DNA of 64,000 nt from a bacterium (GCA_963674595.2 CAXXFV010000029.1:160001-224000); one strand, 5' to 3'. Positions 51,010 to 61,511 are shown, numbered from the stretch's first letter. Notes: generated by a model not told the origin, from the sequence alone. Program-made: numbers and translations.

Positions 51010-52272
51010 ATGACATTACCCATGATTGTCCTGCTGATTCTGTTTATTTGTGTAACAGCATTCAAATACGGACTAAAATTTATAAACCTGAATTACCTGA
51101 AAATACACGGACTTAAAATACCGGAGGTCTTTGCAGGACAAATTGATGAGGAGATGCTGCAAAAAACCAGCGACTATACGGTTGAACACAACCGCTTTGA
51201 CACAATAGACTCTATTTTTGATAATATTCTCATATTAATTTTTATCTTTGGCGGCCTGCTCTCTATATACAACGAATGGATACTCACATTTCAACTGCCG
51301 TTTATACTGTCCGGACTGGTGTTTTTTGCCATTCTCAGTCTTGTCTCAACTGTTCTGGACATCCCCTTTGACCTGTACAGCACATTTAAAATCGAAGCCA
51401 AATACGGATTCAACACCAAAACCGTCACACTGTGGCTCACAGACCTGCTCAAATCAATTGTTATTTCACTCGTTCTCATGGCAATTATCGGCGGCATCGG
51501 TTTCTGGATCATCACGGCCAGTCCCCATTACTGGTGGGTCTGGATCTGGGCCTTTTTCCTGGTGTTCAGCCTTTTTCTGATGTACATTTCGCCCTATGTC
51601 ATCGAACCGCTTTTTAACAAGTTTACCCCCATTGCCGAAGATTATAAAGAGCTGGAAGAAAAGATAAAAACCATGTTTGAAAAAATCGGCATAAAGGTCA
51701 GCCGCGTGTTTAAAATCGATGCGTCCAAACGCAGCAAACACACCAACGCCTATTTTACCGGCATCGGCAAGGTGAAACGCATCGTGTTGTACGACACCCT
51801 GCTCGACAATATGACCGAACAGGAAATTCTGGCGGTCCTGGCCCACGAAGCCGGACACTGGAAGAAAAAGCACATTCTCAAACGTATTCTCGTTTCCGAG
51901 ATAATCGGCTTTATCGGCATATACATTTCGTTCCGCCTGCTGGAATCGGACCTGTTATCATCCTGGTTCAACATGCATTCCGATACGTTTTTTGCCAAAC
52001 TGATCCTGCTCAGTTTTGTCGGCGGCATTATCACCTTTCCCTTTTCACCGTTAAGCGCCTATTTTTCCAGAAAACACGAACGACAGGCCGACCAGATTGC
52101 CGTTAATTTAACCGGCGCCCCGGACGGACTGTTCAGCGCCCTGGTTAAGCTGTCCAAGGACAACCTGTCCAACCTGCACCCGCACCCGTTTTTCGCCAAA
52201 TGGTACTATTCCCATCCGCCCATTGTGGAACGGCTCAACTATATCAAAAATTTAAAACCGGAAAAGGTTTAA
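51010..52272 (+). CDS. M48 family metallopeptidase (Ste24-like)
   Basis: DASKRS, NAYFTG, RIVLYDTL, HEAGH, ERQAD and SHPPIVERL. Confidence 0.93.
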   Translation: MTLPMIVLLILFICVTAFKYGLKFINLNYLKIHGLKIPEVFAGQIDEEMLQKTSDYTVEHNRFDTIDSIFDNILILIFIFGGLLSIYNEWILTFQLPFILSGLVFFAILSLVSTVLDIPFDLYSTFKIEAKYGFNTKTVTLWLTDLLKSIVISLVLMAIIGGIGFWIITASPHYWWVWIWAFFLVFSLFLMYISPYVIEPLFNKFTPIAEDYKELEEKIKTMFEKIGIKVSRVFKIDASKRSKHTNAYFTGIGKVKRIVLYDTLLDNMTEQEILAVLAHEAGHWKKKHILKRILVSEIIGFIGIYISFRLLESDLLSSWFNMHSDTFFAKLILLSFVGGIITFPFSPLSAYFSRKHERQADQIAVNLTGAPDGLFSALVKLSKDNLSNLHPHPFFAKWYYSHPPIVERLNYIKNLKPEKV

Positions 52273-52307
52273 CATTATAAACCGGGGAAACATTTTTATA
52301 CCACTTG

Positions 52308-52338
52308 AGGGATTTAAAATTTTAAATCCCTTTTTTTT
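52308..52338 (+). terminator. Intrinsic terminator
   Basis: AGGGATTTAAAA/TTTTAAATCCCT followed by a T-tract. Confidence 0.65.
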
Positions 52339-52537
52339 AACATTTTTCAAAAACCGCTTGCCTTGATTTTATTTAATTTGTATTATTCTTCTATCAGCAC
52401 AAAGGACTGTTTTTCAGGACGATTTGGTCGCGCATGGGTGTCCCGATGACTTTTGCTGATTATCCATTTTAATATTTATATTCGGGAAGTTACAACACAC
52501 ACGAGGAGAGATTGCGGCGGTCACAAGATCATATTCC
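52339..52537 (+). promoter_or_regulatory. Promoter plus structured leader, copy A (homolog at 61512-61703)
   Basis: TTGCCT-17 nt-TATTAT, then stem TCAGCACAAAG...CTTTTGCTGA and ACAACACACACGAGGAGAG. Confidence 0.65.
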
Positions 52538-52758
52538 GGTTGGTTCGTTGCTCAAATGTTTTGGGTTGGGTGGGGTGTGCGTGGTTATTGATTAACATTA
52601 TTTAAATCATTTTTTTGCAAATGATTATATTGGCATATGTGTTATATAAATTTGTTACCAGCAATATAATTATAACAATTGGAAATATTATTATTATGAT
52701 ATAAGAAACTAAATATTATTTGATAAAGGTAGCTAGACTATGTGTTACAGGGAAAAAT

Positions 52759-53179
52759 ATGAATATTGAAAACGTATCAACAGTATTAGGATTACTTGGA
52801 TTGGGCGGATTGCTTTGAACATATTTCCGAATATTATGGGAACGAAAAAACACAACATTATTACAAAAACAAGAAGTTAAAGAAAAAAGATATAAATGTA
52901 TTATTATTCTTTTTTATCTCTTTTAGATTTAAAAAAAACAAATATTTATTACACCAAAATAATCGAGAATATATTAAAACACCTGAAGATTTAATTGATA
53001 AACTTAAAATTGAATGAAATAACATGATTCTGTTCGTATCAGACGAAGTTATTTACTCAATGAATAAATTTATCAAAAATCCTTCACCAGAGGATTATCG
53101 TAAAATGGCTATCGCTATGAGAAAAGATCTTTGGGGAGGGAAAATATCATCCAAAAATATTGAAAATTTAAACCTATGA
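52759..53179 (+). pseudogene. Degraded hypothetical membrane-anchored protein gene
   Basis: MNIENVSTVLGLLGLGGLL*TYFRILWERK..., a frameshift near 52920, and a second in-frame TGA at 53015, continuing to ...MRKDLWGGK... Confidence 0.6.
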
Positions 53180-53201
53180 CGATCCTCAAGACGCGATTAG
53201 A

Positions 53202-53326
53202 CGGGGGTATTTACCCCGATAACAAATAGTTTAAAAATGTAAATATCAATTTGAGCCCTTTATTTGAAAACAGATCAGGGCACATGCCCTGGTTTATATA
53301 CCACCCTGGGGAAAATTTCCAGGGGC
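53202..53326. mobile_element. MITE-like internal-deletion derivative of the RAYT locus
   Basis: Left hairpin GGGGTATTTACCCCGATAACAAA fused to a gapless match to the RAYT 3' end and right hairpins. Confidence 0.75.
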
Positions 53327-53464
53327 AAAAATTTACTGCTTATGTTTTGTAAATCATTCTTTTAAATACATATTTATTAATTACAAATGCCTAAAGGAGA
53401 AAAGTATCTTACTGAAAAATCAAGGAAACATAGAAACCACAATCCTTAAAAGAAGGAAGATCCT

Positions 53465-55666
53465 ATGAAAAATGTTTTACGATTATTTGTATTCCTGTTT
53501 ATAATGCAATTTGGTTTCACTACCATTGCACACGCACAAAGAACAATAACGAAAGGCAGCCACCAGGATTTCAGAGAGGGAGTAGCTCATACACTAAGGA
53601 CTGCTCGCTTGAGCGATAATAAAATCCTTGTAACATATAAAGAGTCTTCGTCCAGTACCTCAGATTTATATGCCATTGCCGGTACTGTAAATTCGAGTAC
53701 AAGAGAAATCGCATGGGGTACAAGAACTTTTTTAGGATCAGGATACGGAACCGCTCAAGATATTGTTGCTCTATCCTCAACAAAAGCAGCTATATTTTTT
53801 GAATATTGGCCCAGTACTCCCGACACAATGCAATATTGTGTGTTGGATATTGACGGTACTGATATTACAAAAGGAGCGATAACAAAGTTTACTGATCATC
53901 AGGTTTCGTATAATGCTTCTTTTAGAGCTGCAGCACTATCAAATGATCAGGTTGTTGTTTGTTATGAAACAACGACAGATTCGAGATTATTAGCAATGAC
54001 CGGAACAGTTAGCGGAACAACAATTACATGGGGCGGAGCTGCAACATTTAATGCTACAGATGCTGCTTTTACAGCCATTTGCAGGCTTAGTGACACAAAA
54101 TTTGCCATTGCTTACGAAGATGACGATAATAGTGATCGAGGCCAAATTCGTATTGGTACAGTAAGCGGCACAACAATTACTCCCGGGGCCAGTGCATATA
54201 CGTTTAATACAGGCAGCGCGGTTGGCGCTTTAGCGATAACAGCTTTAGGTGAAGATAGATTGGCACTTGCATGGGAAGACGATGGAGATGCCAACGATGT
54301 TGCACAGGTATCACTTGCAACAGTAAGTGGTACTGCGGTTTCATTCCCTGGTAATGCACCGAGTTTTTTACAAAATGTAAATAGTGATTTAACAATTTCC
54401 GCTTTGTCAGAGTCTGAAGTTATCGTTGCCATGAGCGCAGGAGCAGGATCACCAGATTCCTATGCTTATTGCGTTTTGTCTGGTAATGATTTCAGTGTAA
54501 GCACAGATGTCCTTCTAAATGATAGAGCAGAGGATGCCAGTGTAAACTGCCTGACTTCAGACCTTTTTGTGATTAGTTTTATCGACTATTACGACGCGGA
54601 AGGCGCTGGTGCCCAATATGGGATGTCCAAAGTTTTTACAGTTGCAAGCGGTTCCTATCCGGAAATAAATGTACAGGGAAACAGTATAGATATTGTTTCA
54701 GGTGATAACACACCAACAACAGCCGACCATACGGATTTCGGCACAGGAGCTACGCTATCTCGAACGTTTACAATACAAAACCAGGGTGCAGGCACGCTCA
54801 CACTGGGCTCAAACGCTGTTACAATTACAGGTACAGATGCTGCAAACTTTAGTGTTGACACACAACCAGCAACTACCGTTTCCGGCAGTTCCAGCACAAC
54901 ATTTGTGATTGATTTTGCATCTGCCAGCGCTACTTCTCATTCTGCAGAAATTCATATCAACAGTGATGACATTCACGAACGGGACTATTTCTTTTCAATT
55001 ACAGCAGAAGGCGCAGCATCTTCAAACGTCCGCGCCCAAATCAAAGTCTTTCTCGAAGGGCCGTACAATTCGACCAACAATGAAATGAATATTGACTTAA
55101 AGACAGCAGCGGTCATCCCTACAACATCACCCTATTCTGAAGACGCCCGCACCATTGGTTCCATTCCCGCAGAAATTGTAGATTGGGTGTTGGTGCAGCT
55201 TCGCTCCACGTCGGATGGAGCAGCCGTGGTTTCCAAAAGCGCATTGCTGCACAAAAGCGGTTCCATTGTTGCCGATGACGGTATAACAGATTACATAGAG
55301 CTGGAAACGGATGCGGATGATTATTTTATTGTTATTAAACACAGAAATCATATAGCCGTTATGAGCGCTGTTGTTCACAGCCTCACTGCCGGCAGTTCGA
55401 CTCTTTATGATTTTACAATAAACAAAAATAAATATTGGGAAAACGATGCCATAGAAGTGGATACCGATCCTCAAACAATTTACGGCATGTACGCCGGAGA
55501 CACCGATGCCCTCGGCACAGTAGACGCCGATGATAGGGCAGCCACATGGAACGACAGAAATAAATCCGGCTACGAAAACAGTGACTGTAAACTCACCGGT
55601 TCAGTCGATGCAGACGACAGGGCAGTCACCTGGAACAACAGAAATAAATCAACCAAATTGCCGTAA
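53465..55666 (+). CDS. Secreted protein: repeat/propeller region, Ig-like (choice-of-anchor D type) domain, C-terminal dockerin-like module
   Basis: Signal peptide, repeated G.VSGTTIT, PEINVQGN...TDFG...FTIQNQG, KVFLEGPY and a duplicated DxxxxGxVDADD motif. Confidence 0.75.
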   Translation: MKNVLRLFVFLFIMQFGFTTIAHAQRTITKGSHQDFREGVAHTLRTARLSDNKILVTYKESSSSTSDLYAIAGTVNSSTREIAWGTRTFLGSGYGTAQDIVALSSTKAAIFFEYWPSTPDTMQYCVLDIDGTDITKGAITKFTDHQVSYNASFRAAALSNDQVVVCYETTTDSRLLAMTGTVSGTTITWGGAATFNATDAAFTAICRLSDTKFAIAYEDDDNSDRGQIRIGTVSGTTITPGASAYTFNTGSAVGALAITALGEDRLALAWEDDGDANDVAQVSLATVSGTAVSFPGNAPSFLQNVNSDLTISALSESEVIVAMSAGAGSPDSYAYCVLSGNDFSVSTDVLLNDRAEDASVNCLTSDLFVISFIDYYDAEGAGAQYGMSKVFTVASGSYPEINVQGNSIDIVSGDNTPTTADHTDFGTGATLSRTFTIQNQGAGTLTLGSNAVTITGTDAANFSVDTQPATTVSGSSSTTFVIDFASASATSHSAEIHINSDDIHERDYFFSITAEGAASSNVRAQIKVFLEGPYNSTNNEMNIDLKTAAVIPTTSPYSEDARTIGSIPAEIVDWVLVQLRSTSDGAAVVSKSALLHKSGSIVADDGITDYIELETDADDYFIVIKHRNHIAVMSAVVHSLTAGSSTLYDFTINKNKYWENDAIEVDTDPQTIYGMYAGDTDALGTVDADDRAATWNDRNKSGYENSDCKLTGSVDADDRAVTWNNRNKSTKLP

Positions 55667-55704
55667 TAAATTGAATTTGAATTGAAAGACAAGAGGAACC
55701 TCTC

Positions 55705-56847
55705 ATGAAAATAAAGATGATACTCATAGCAATGCTGGTAAACATAACCGCACTTTTTGCGCAATATGAATTCACTGCATCGGTACAAAACCAAACAGTC
55801 AACGGCACAGATTTCACCTTTGACATTTATATGCAGCAAACCGGCGCTGAAGCAATCTATCTCGGACAGAGTGATTTTGCCTTTACATTTAACAACGAAA
55901 ACTTTACAAGCGCTGCGGCTACTGTCGAGGCAGACCTTTCTCTCTTTTATGGAAGCAGCGCCACAGTTATTTCACCTAACATCATTGTTGTTAATATCAA
56001 TGCACCTGCCCCCGGCAATCAAAGTGAATTCGATGCAATGGTTGCCCAAATGTCAGCGTCCGGAAATGGAAGTTTTATTGCGACAGTTAAAATCAGCACA
56101 ATCTCCAATCCATCCGGCTTTATGGGGCTGGCATGGAGAACTTCCGGCCTTAACAGCACCAAAATAAATCGATTTGACAACAGTGCTCCCTGGGCACAAT
56201 CCAGCATCACCTCAAGCGGCACATACTCTGGTATTTCCGACACCTCCCTGCCAGTGGACATCTCATCCTTCTCTGCAAGATGCGAAGGGCAATCTGTCAT
56301 TATCAACTGGACAACCGAATCTGAAACAGATAATCTGGGATTCATCCTCGAACGGTCTTTGGATAAAACTGTCTGGACAACCATTGCCAGCTACCAAACA
56401 GACGATGCTTTGAAAGGCCAGGGAAATACCTCCTCTGCCACAGAATATACATTCACCGATTCGAAAATTAAACATGATGCAACCTACGCTTACCGACTTT
56501 CAGATGTGAACACAAACGGCAAGGTCAGCGTGTACTCTTCTCTTAACATCACGGTGGATACGCTTCCGAAAATGACAGACATGGAAAAGGCCTATCCCAA
56601 TCCTTTCAATCCCCAAACGCACATTGCCTATCATCTCGCAAAAGAGGCAGATGTAGAAATCACAGTTTTCAACATACTGGGCCGGCAAATTAAAACATTA
56701 CATTCAGGCAGACAGGTTGCAGGAAGCTATCATGTCTACTGGAACGCCACAAACAATTCAGGAGACAACGTACCCACAGGGACTTTTCTTATCTGTATGC
56801 AAGCTGGTGATATTTATAAAATTCAAAAAGTCCTGTTAATTAAATAA
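55705..56847 (+). CDS. Secreted protein with cohesin-like N-terminus and T9SS/FlgD-type C-terminal domain
   Basis: FTFDIYMQ...LGQSDFAFTFN, LPVDISSF...WTTESETDNLGF and YPNPFNP...QKVLLIK. Confidence 0.8.
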   Translation: MKIKMILIAMLVNITALFAQYEFTASVQNQTVNGTDFTFDIYMQQTGAEAIYLGQSDFAFTFNNENFTSAAATVEADLSLFYGSSATVISPNIIVVNINAPAPGNQSEFDAMVAQMSASGNGSFIATVKISTISNPSGFMGLAWRTSGLNSTKINRFDNSAPWAQSSITSSGTYSGISDTSLPVDISSFSARCEGQSVIINWTTESETDNLGFILERSLDKTVWTTIASYQTDDALKGQGNTSSATEYTFTDSKIKHDATYAYRLSDVNTNGKVSVYSSLNITVDTLPKMTDMEKAYPNPFNPQTHIAYHLAKEADVEITVFNILGRQIKTLHSGRQVAGSYHVYWNATNNSGDNVPTGTFLICMQAGDIYKIQKVLLIK

Positions 56848-56909
56848 GGAAAATTTTACAATAGGTTTTGTCAAAAAGGTGGTAATTTACAAGTCGTAGA
56901 CCTTAATTA

Positions 56910-56960
56910 CGCCTTGAGAATTTTTCTCAAGCGCACAATAAGTCAGGATATTTACCCCGG
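56910..56960. repeat. Degenerate copy of the RAYT left-end hairpins
   Basis: CGCCTTGAGAA-TTT-TTCTCAAGCG...GGATATTTACCCCG. Confidence 0.55.
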
Positions 56961-57160
56961 TAAATATCAATTATATAAAATACGCATAATTTTCCCGGTG
57001 TGAAAAATATTCATAGCAAATCCGTAAAATCAACCAATAACGGGATTTTTCAAACTTGTTCTCCCGGTTCTTTTGTGGAACGGTTGTTGTAATATTCTAT
57101 TCGATTTGAATGTTTCTCAGGACCATCAAAAAACGATACTAAACCTTAACAGGACTTTTT

Positions 57161-58744
57161 ATGTTAACGAGAAGAGATTTTTTAAAAATTGCGGGAGCAG
57201 CCACCGGTGCAGTTGCCGCCAATCCGTTAAGCGCTTTTAGCTATCCTTTTAAAAGAACGGCAAATTACTTCACAGTTCATCCCTTTATTGAACAAAATCC
57301 CGATGCTGTTTTTATCATGAAGACGAATGTTGATGTAAAGACAAATTCCGAGGCGGTAAAACAGGCTGGTCTTGCGTTCGGACAATCTGTATTTCAGTTA
57401 ACAGATGACGACCAAACCGGCGTTCCATTGGACTATATGTTCCCCATTAAACCAAACCTAACATCATGGGCGTGGGATACGCCGCAGGATGCTGATTTTA
57501 AACAGGTGATGGGGGCTGTAACGGATGTAAATTTTGTGGAAGGTGTCATCGAAAGTATGAAAGCGCTTGGCATCAATGCCGAACAATTTTATATTCGCGA
57601 TGCGAATGGCTCTGAAAATTATGACAGGGCCGGTTACAGCGCTATGGGAGAACGTACCGGTGTGGATATCCAGTTAAACGCTCAAAATCCGCAACTGCAA
57701 TGGGTGGATGTCCCCAAAGGCGTGTGGTTTAAACGTATCCCCTATTTATGGCCGATCAACACCCCCAATAGCTGGTTGTTAAACATTGCGAAATTTAAAG
57801 CACATGGAATGGGATTGACATTGAGCGCCAAAAATCTTCAGGGAAGCATTCCGGCCCCTTATGTTTGTCATTGTGCGGCCTGGGGCGCATCAATGGGCAT
57901 GGATCCCGCAGATATACAGCCCAATGCTTTTGACGTGATTGCTGAAAATTATAATCGTCACAGAGATGCGGGAATTCCACGATGGGACGTAGAAGGATTG
58001 GACGTTAACGGCGGTCAGGGAATGGAGACATGGGCCGCGCGCTGCATCGATAATAATTCTGTTTTAAAACCGGGACTAAATGTTATTGAAGGTATCTATG
58101 GCCGGGATGGAAACGGTTTTTATCAGGGTCCGCATAATGGCGCTGCCCAGGATTTTTTAACCAATATTATTATCTTTGGTAAAAATACTTTTTACGTAGA
58201 TATTATCGGAAAATGGCTTGGCGGACATGAACCGGGAAATTTTGGTCTTTTTCACATCGCCAAAGAACGTAACATGATTGATACCTTTAATCCAAAAGAA
58301 ATTTCTTTATACGAATGGAATGCAAACGGACAAGCAACACTTGCTGATCTAGCAAATTTTGAACGCACTGCCCTGCAAACATATTATTTAACAAAGCCGG
58401 GTGAAGATAAATATCATCTTTGCAACGAGCCTTATGATTACAAACCCTCCATTATTGTGGATAATACAACGAGCAAACCGTCAAGTTTTATTCTCCAACA
58501 AAACTATCCGAATCCGTTTAACGGTTCAACGTCCATTACGTTTACCCTTCCCAGGAGCGGCAGGACACGGTTGGAAATTTTTAACAGCCGGGGTGAAATT
58601 GTTGATGTCATTGCAGAGGGATATTATCAGCAAGGAACACATTTAGCCCTTTGGAGAAACGATAATTTACCATCAGGTACCTATTTCTATCGATTACGAT
58701 TCGATTCCTTTAATGAAATGAAAAAAATGGTATTGGTAAAATAG
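57161..58744 (+). CDS. Tat-exported DUF362-like protein with T9SS-type C-terminal domain
   Basis: TRRDFLK Tat motif, IKPNL, NIAKFKAHGMGLTLSAKNLQG and QNYPNPFN...KKMVLVK. Confidence 0.82.
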   Translation: MLTRRDFLKIAGAATGAVAANPLSAFSYPFKRTANYFTVHPFIEQNPDAVFIMKTNVDVKTNSEAVKQAGLAFGQSVFQLTDDDQTGVPLDYMFPIKPNLTSWAWDTPQDADFKQVMGAVTDVNFVEGVIESMKALGINAEQFYIRDANGSENYDRAGYSAMGERTGVDIQLNAQNPQLQWVDVPKGVWFKRIPYLWPINTPNSWLLNIAKFKAHGMGLTLSAKNLQGSIPAPYVCHCAAWGASMGMDPADIQPNAFDVIAENYNRHRDAGIPRWDVEGLDVNGGQGMETWAARCIDNNSVLKPGLNVIEGIYGRDGNGFYQGPHNGAAQDFLTNIIIFGKNTFYVDIIGKWLGGHEPGNFGLFHIAKERNMIDTFNPKEISLYEWNANGQATLADLANFERTALQTYYLTKPGEDKYHLCNEPYDYKPSIIVDNTTSKPSSFILQQNYPNPFNGSTSITFTLPRSGRTRLEIFNSRGEIVDVIAEGYYQQGTHLALWRNDNLPSGTYFYRLRFDSFNEMKKMVLVK

Positions 58745-58928
58745 TATCTTTTGCCCGAGTTGGAAAAAATTCTCCGAACCGGCAAAACATACTGTAGAAT
58801 TTTCAGAATTTATATTGATGAATAATGTTGAAAACGTTAAATTGGCAGAATAAGAACAATAGTGTTTGCCCACATAGACTTGCTGAATCAACACCAGCCA
58901 TCCAAAATTTAATGAACAAAGGGAAAAA

Positions 58929-59181
58929 ATGACGGAAAAAGAATTAGCAGAATTAACGGACGAAGAATTGTTGCAAAAAGCAAAAAAAAATGAAATCAAC
59001 TTCCATAACAAATGCCGTACTGGTTGGATTTCTGATAGGAATAATATTTTACAGCATTTTAAAAAACAGTTTAGGATTTTTTACACTAATCCCTTTATTT
59101 ATAGCATACAAATTGATTAATAATTCAAAAGATGATAATAAAGAATTAGAAAATCTTTTAAAAGAACGAAATTTAAAATAA
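58929..59181 (+). pseudogene. Small membrane protein gene split by an A9 run (58982-58990)
   Basis: Removing one A joins MTEKELAELTDEELLQKAKK to MKSTSITNAVLVGFLIG...LKERNLK. Confidence 0.7.
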
Positions 59182-59241
59182 GAAACAGCAAAAAATTGTC
59201 AAAACCGTAATGAAATCATTATAAAGATTGAATGATTCTGA

Positions 59242-59398
59242 TCGCTTTGGTAAAAATTTCCCAGGCGAAATGAATCAGGTTTTTACCCCGATAACAAAAG
59301 CTTTAATCATGTAAATATTAATACAGACCCGTTATCTGAGAACGAATCAAAGAACATGCCCTGCTTTATTTAACGCCCTGGGATAAATTTTCAGGGGC
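59242..59398. mobile_element. MITE-like internal-deletion derivative of the RAYT locus (second copy)
   Basis: Degenerate left hairpins, TACCCCGATAACAAA, a gapless match to the RAYT 3' end and TAACGCCCTGGGATAAATTTTCAGGGGC. Confidence 0.75.
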
Positions 59399-59467
59399 CG
59401 GTAAAGTATTAATTAAACAATGGGGCAAAAGCCCGGTTTATAACAGGCATACATTAGAGGTGTTGAA

Positions 59468-60553
59468 ATGAAAACTATTATTTCTATTATAGCATGTTTC
59501 ATTTTATTTAGTTTTTGTTATTGTGAGCGGGAATCAGTAACGGCTATTAATTCTGATAATGCAGGCACTGGAAGTATAACATTTTCATTTAAAAAAAATA
59601 ATAGTGCCGATGGTGTTTGTAAAATTATTTTGGCCCTGTCAAGGACCGGTTTTGCGACAATTAATGATACTGTTGCCGTTACCAATGAAAACACAAGCAT
59701 GGTGTTTATTTCAAGCATTCCATTGGGTACATGGCAATTAAACGTTGATGGTGTGGATAATAACAACGCCGTATTATATAGCGGGCAAACAGAAGTCGAA
59801 ATACAAGCGAATCAAACGACACAAGTAGATTTAACCCTTCGACCGGCCACAGGCTCTATTAATATTAACATTCAGTGGGGTAATAATGCGGGTAAAGCCG
59901 TTTATTTTACGAATGGTGAAAATTATATCAAGGTTAATAACTCACCTTTGCTTAATAATATGACAGATCAACTCACATTGGAAGCCTGGGTAAAACCGAT
60001 TAATCAATATTATAACTATATAATAAATAAAACAGGTCACCAATATACAATGGAACTGATAAACGGCTTAAGGCCGGCATTTAGATTTGATGGTCTAACA
60101 GTTGATTATAATGACATGAATGATTATTGGGGACGGATCGTATTAAACACAACAATACCCGAAAATGAATGGACTCACATTGCGTATTCATATAACAGTA
60201 TGGAATCAAACGTTGATATATTTATTAACGGGGAACTTTATCAAACTCTTTATTCAACAGGTTTATTACAAACAAACACAGGAGATTTGTTAATAGGTGC
60301 CTATCTAAGTGATAATTATCGTTTATTCTACAAAGGTTATATTGATGAAGTTCGGATTTGGAACGTATCACGTTCTCAAAGTGAAATACAAGAAAACATG
60401 GCTTGTCCGCTTGAAGGAAATGAAGACGGACTCGTTGCTTATTGGCGTTTTGATGAAATAGTTGATAATAATATAGTTGTAGACAAATCAGGAAATCATA
60501 ACAATGGTTATATTGTCGGAGAATTAAACCTGGCAGATTCTTTTGCATTTTGA
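59468..60553 (+). CDS. LamG-like jellyroll domain secreted protein or lipoprotein
   Basis: TLEAWVKP, EWTHIAYSY, GYIDEVRIWN...GLVAYWRFDE and DKSGNHNNG. Confidence 0.85.
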   Translation: MKTIISIIACFILFSFCYCERESVTAINSDNAGTGSITFSFKKNNSADGVCKIILALSRTGFATINDTVAVTNENTSMVFISSIPLGTWQLNVDGVDNNNAVLYSGQTEVEIQANQTTQVDLTLRPATGSININIQWGNNAGKAVYFTNGENYIKVNNSPLLNNMTDQLTLEAWVKPINQYYNYIINKTGHQYTMELINGLRPAFRFDGLTVDYNDMNDYWGRIVLNTTIPENEWTHIAYSYNSMESNVDIFINGELYQTLYSTGLLQTNTGDLLIGAYLSDNYRLFYKGYIDEVRIWNVSRSQSEIQENMACPLEGNEDGLVAYWRFDEIVDNNIVVDKSGNHNNGYIVGELNLADSFAF

Positions 60554-60698
60554 AATAAACTTGTTCCGCACACAGAGACTCCTTGCCAAGTGCGTAATTA
60601 GTAGTATGCAGTGTTCCCCTGCGGCGCCCGATAAAAAACATGAGAAAATATTCACACAAAAAGAAAAAAAAGCATCAATAGATAAAAGGTTTTACAAT

Positions 60699-61328
60699 AT
60701 GTCTTTCAAGTTCATACTGCTGTTTTCAACAACTGTTTTTGTTGCCTCAATAATACCGGGGCCAAGTATGTTATTAGCCTTAACCCATGGTATGCATTAC
60801 GGAGCGAGACGAACCATCGCCTCTGCTATGGGGAATATTACAGTAACCCTCATTCAAGCGTCTGTTTCCATTGCAGGGTTAGGCGCCATTTTAATTGCTT
60901 CTGAAACAATATTTCAATTAATTAAATTGGCAGGAGCGGCATATCTTATCTATATGGGAATCGTCATATTACGATCACCAAAAATGTCGTTATCGCCGAT
61001 TAAAGCCGGAGATTCCACAAAAGGTAACTCTTTAAAAAGGATGTATCTGCAGGCTGCATTTGTTACGGCGGGGAACCCCAAAGCAATTGTATTTTTTACA
61101 GCCGTTTTTCCTCAATTTATTGATCCTGATGCCGGCTTTTTAACTCAATCCTGCACGCTTTTGAGCATTGGCGCTTTTATAGCGTTTAGCTGTTTTATGA
61201 TTTATGCAATGGCCGGCCAAAAGATAGTTTCGCTGTTTTCCCAGGCCACTGTTGGAAAATATATAAAAAGAGTTATTGGCGGCACTTTTATTGGAGCAGG
61301 TATTGGCCTTGCTGTAAGCAGCAAATAA
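60699..61328 (+). CDS. LysE family translocator
   Basis: IPGPS, GAAYLIYMG and NPKAIVFF.AVFPQF. Start set to the ATG at 60699. Confidence 0.9.
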   Translation: MSFKFILLFSTTVFVASIIPGPSMLLALTHGMHYGARRTIASAMGNITVTLIQASVSIAGLGAILIASETIFQLIKLAGAAYLIYMGIVILRSPKMSLSPIKAGDSTKGNSLKRMYLQAAFVTAGNPKAIVFFTAVFPQFIDPDAGFLTQSCTLLSIGAFIAFSCFMIYAMAGQKIVSLFSQATVGKYIKRVIGGTFIGAGIGLAVSSK

Positions 61329-61511
61329 AAAACAAAACACAATATAAAGCAATTTTGCTCATCCGGGGATTCCGTTCTCCGGTTATAAATGACAAGGAGT
61401 ACCTGCTCCATATTGCTCACCTTGAGAGTGTTTTCCAAGACGTGGTCGAGCAGGATATTTACGCTCTATAAAATTTACGAAAAAATAATTTCTCCCCTTT
61501 GCCCTTTTTTC

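Noticed and set aside
52759-53179. Stop-codon recoding (TGA read-through) suggested by two in-frame TGAs
   Set aside because: The same gene also has a frameshift, and TGA ends intact genes elsewhere in the window (RAYT, PatB), so decay is the simpler explanation
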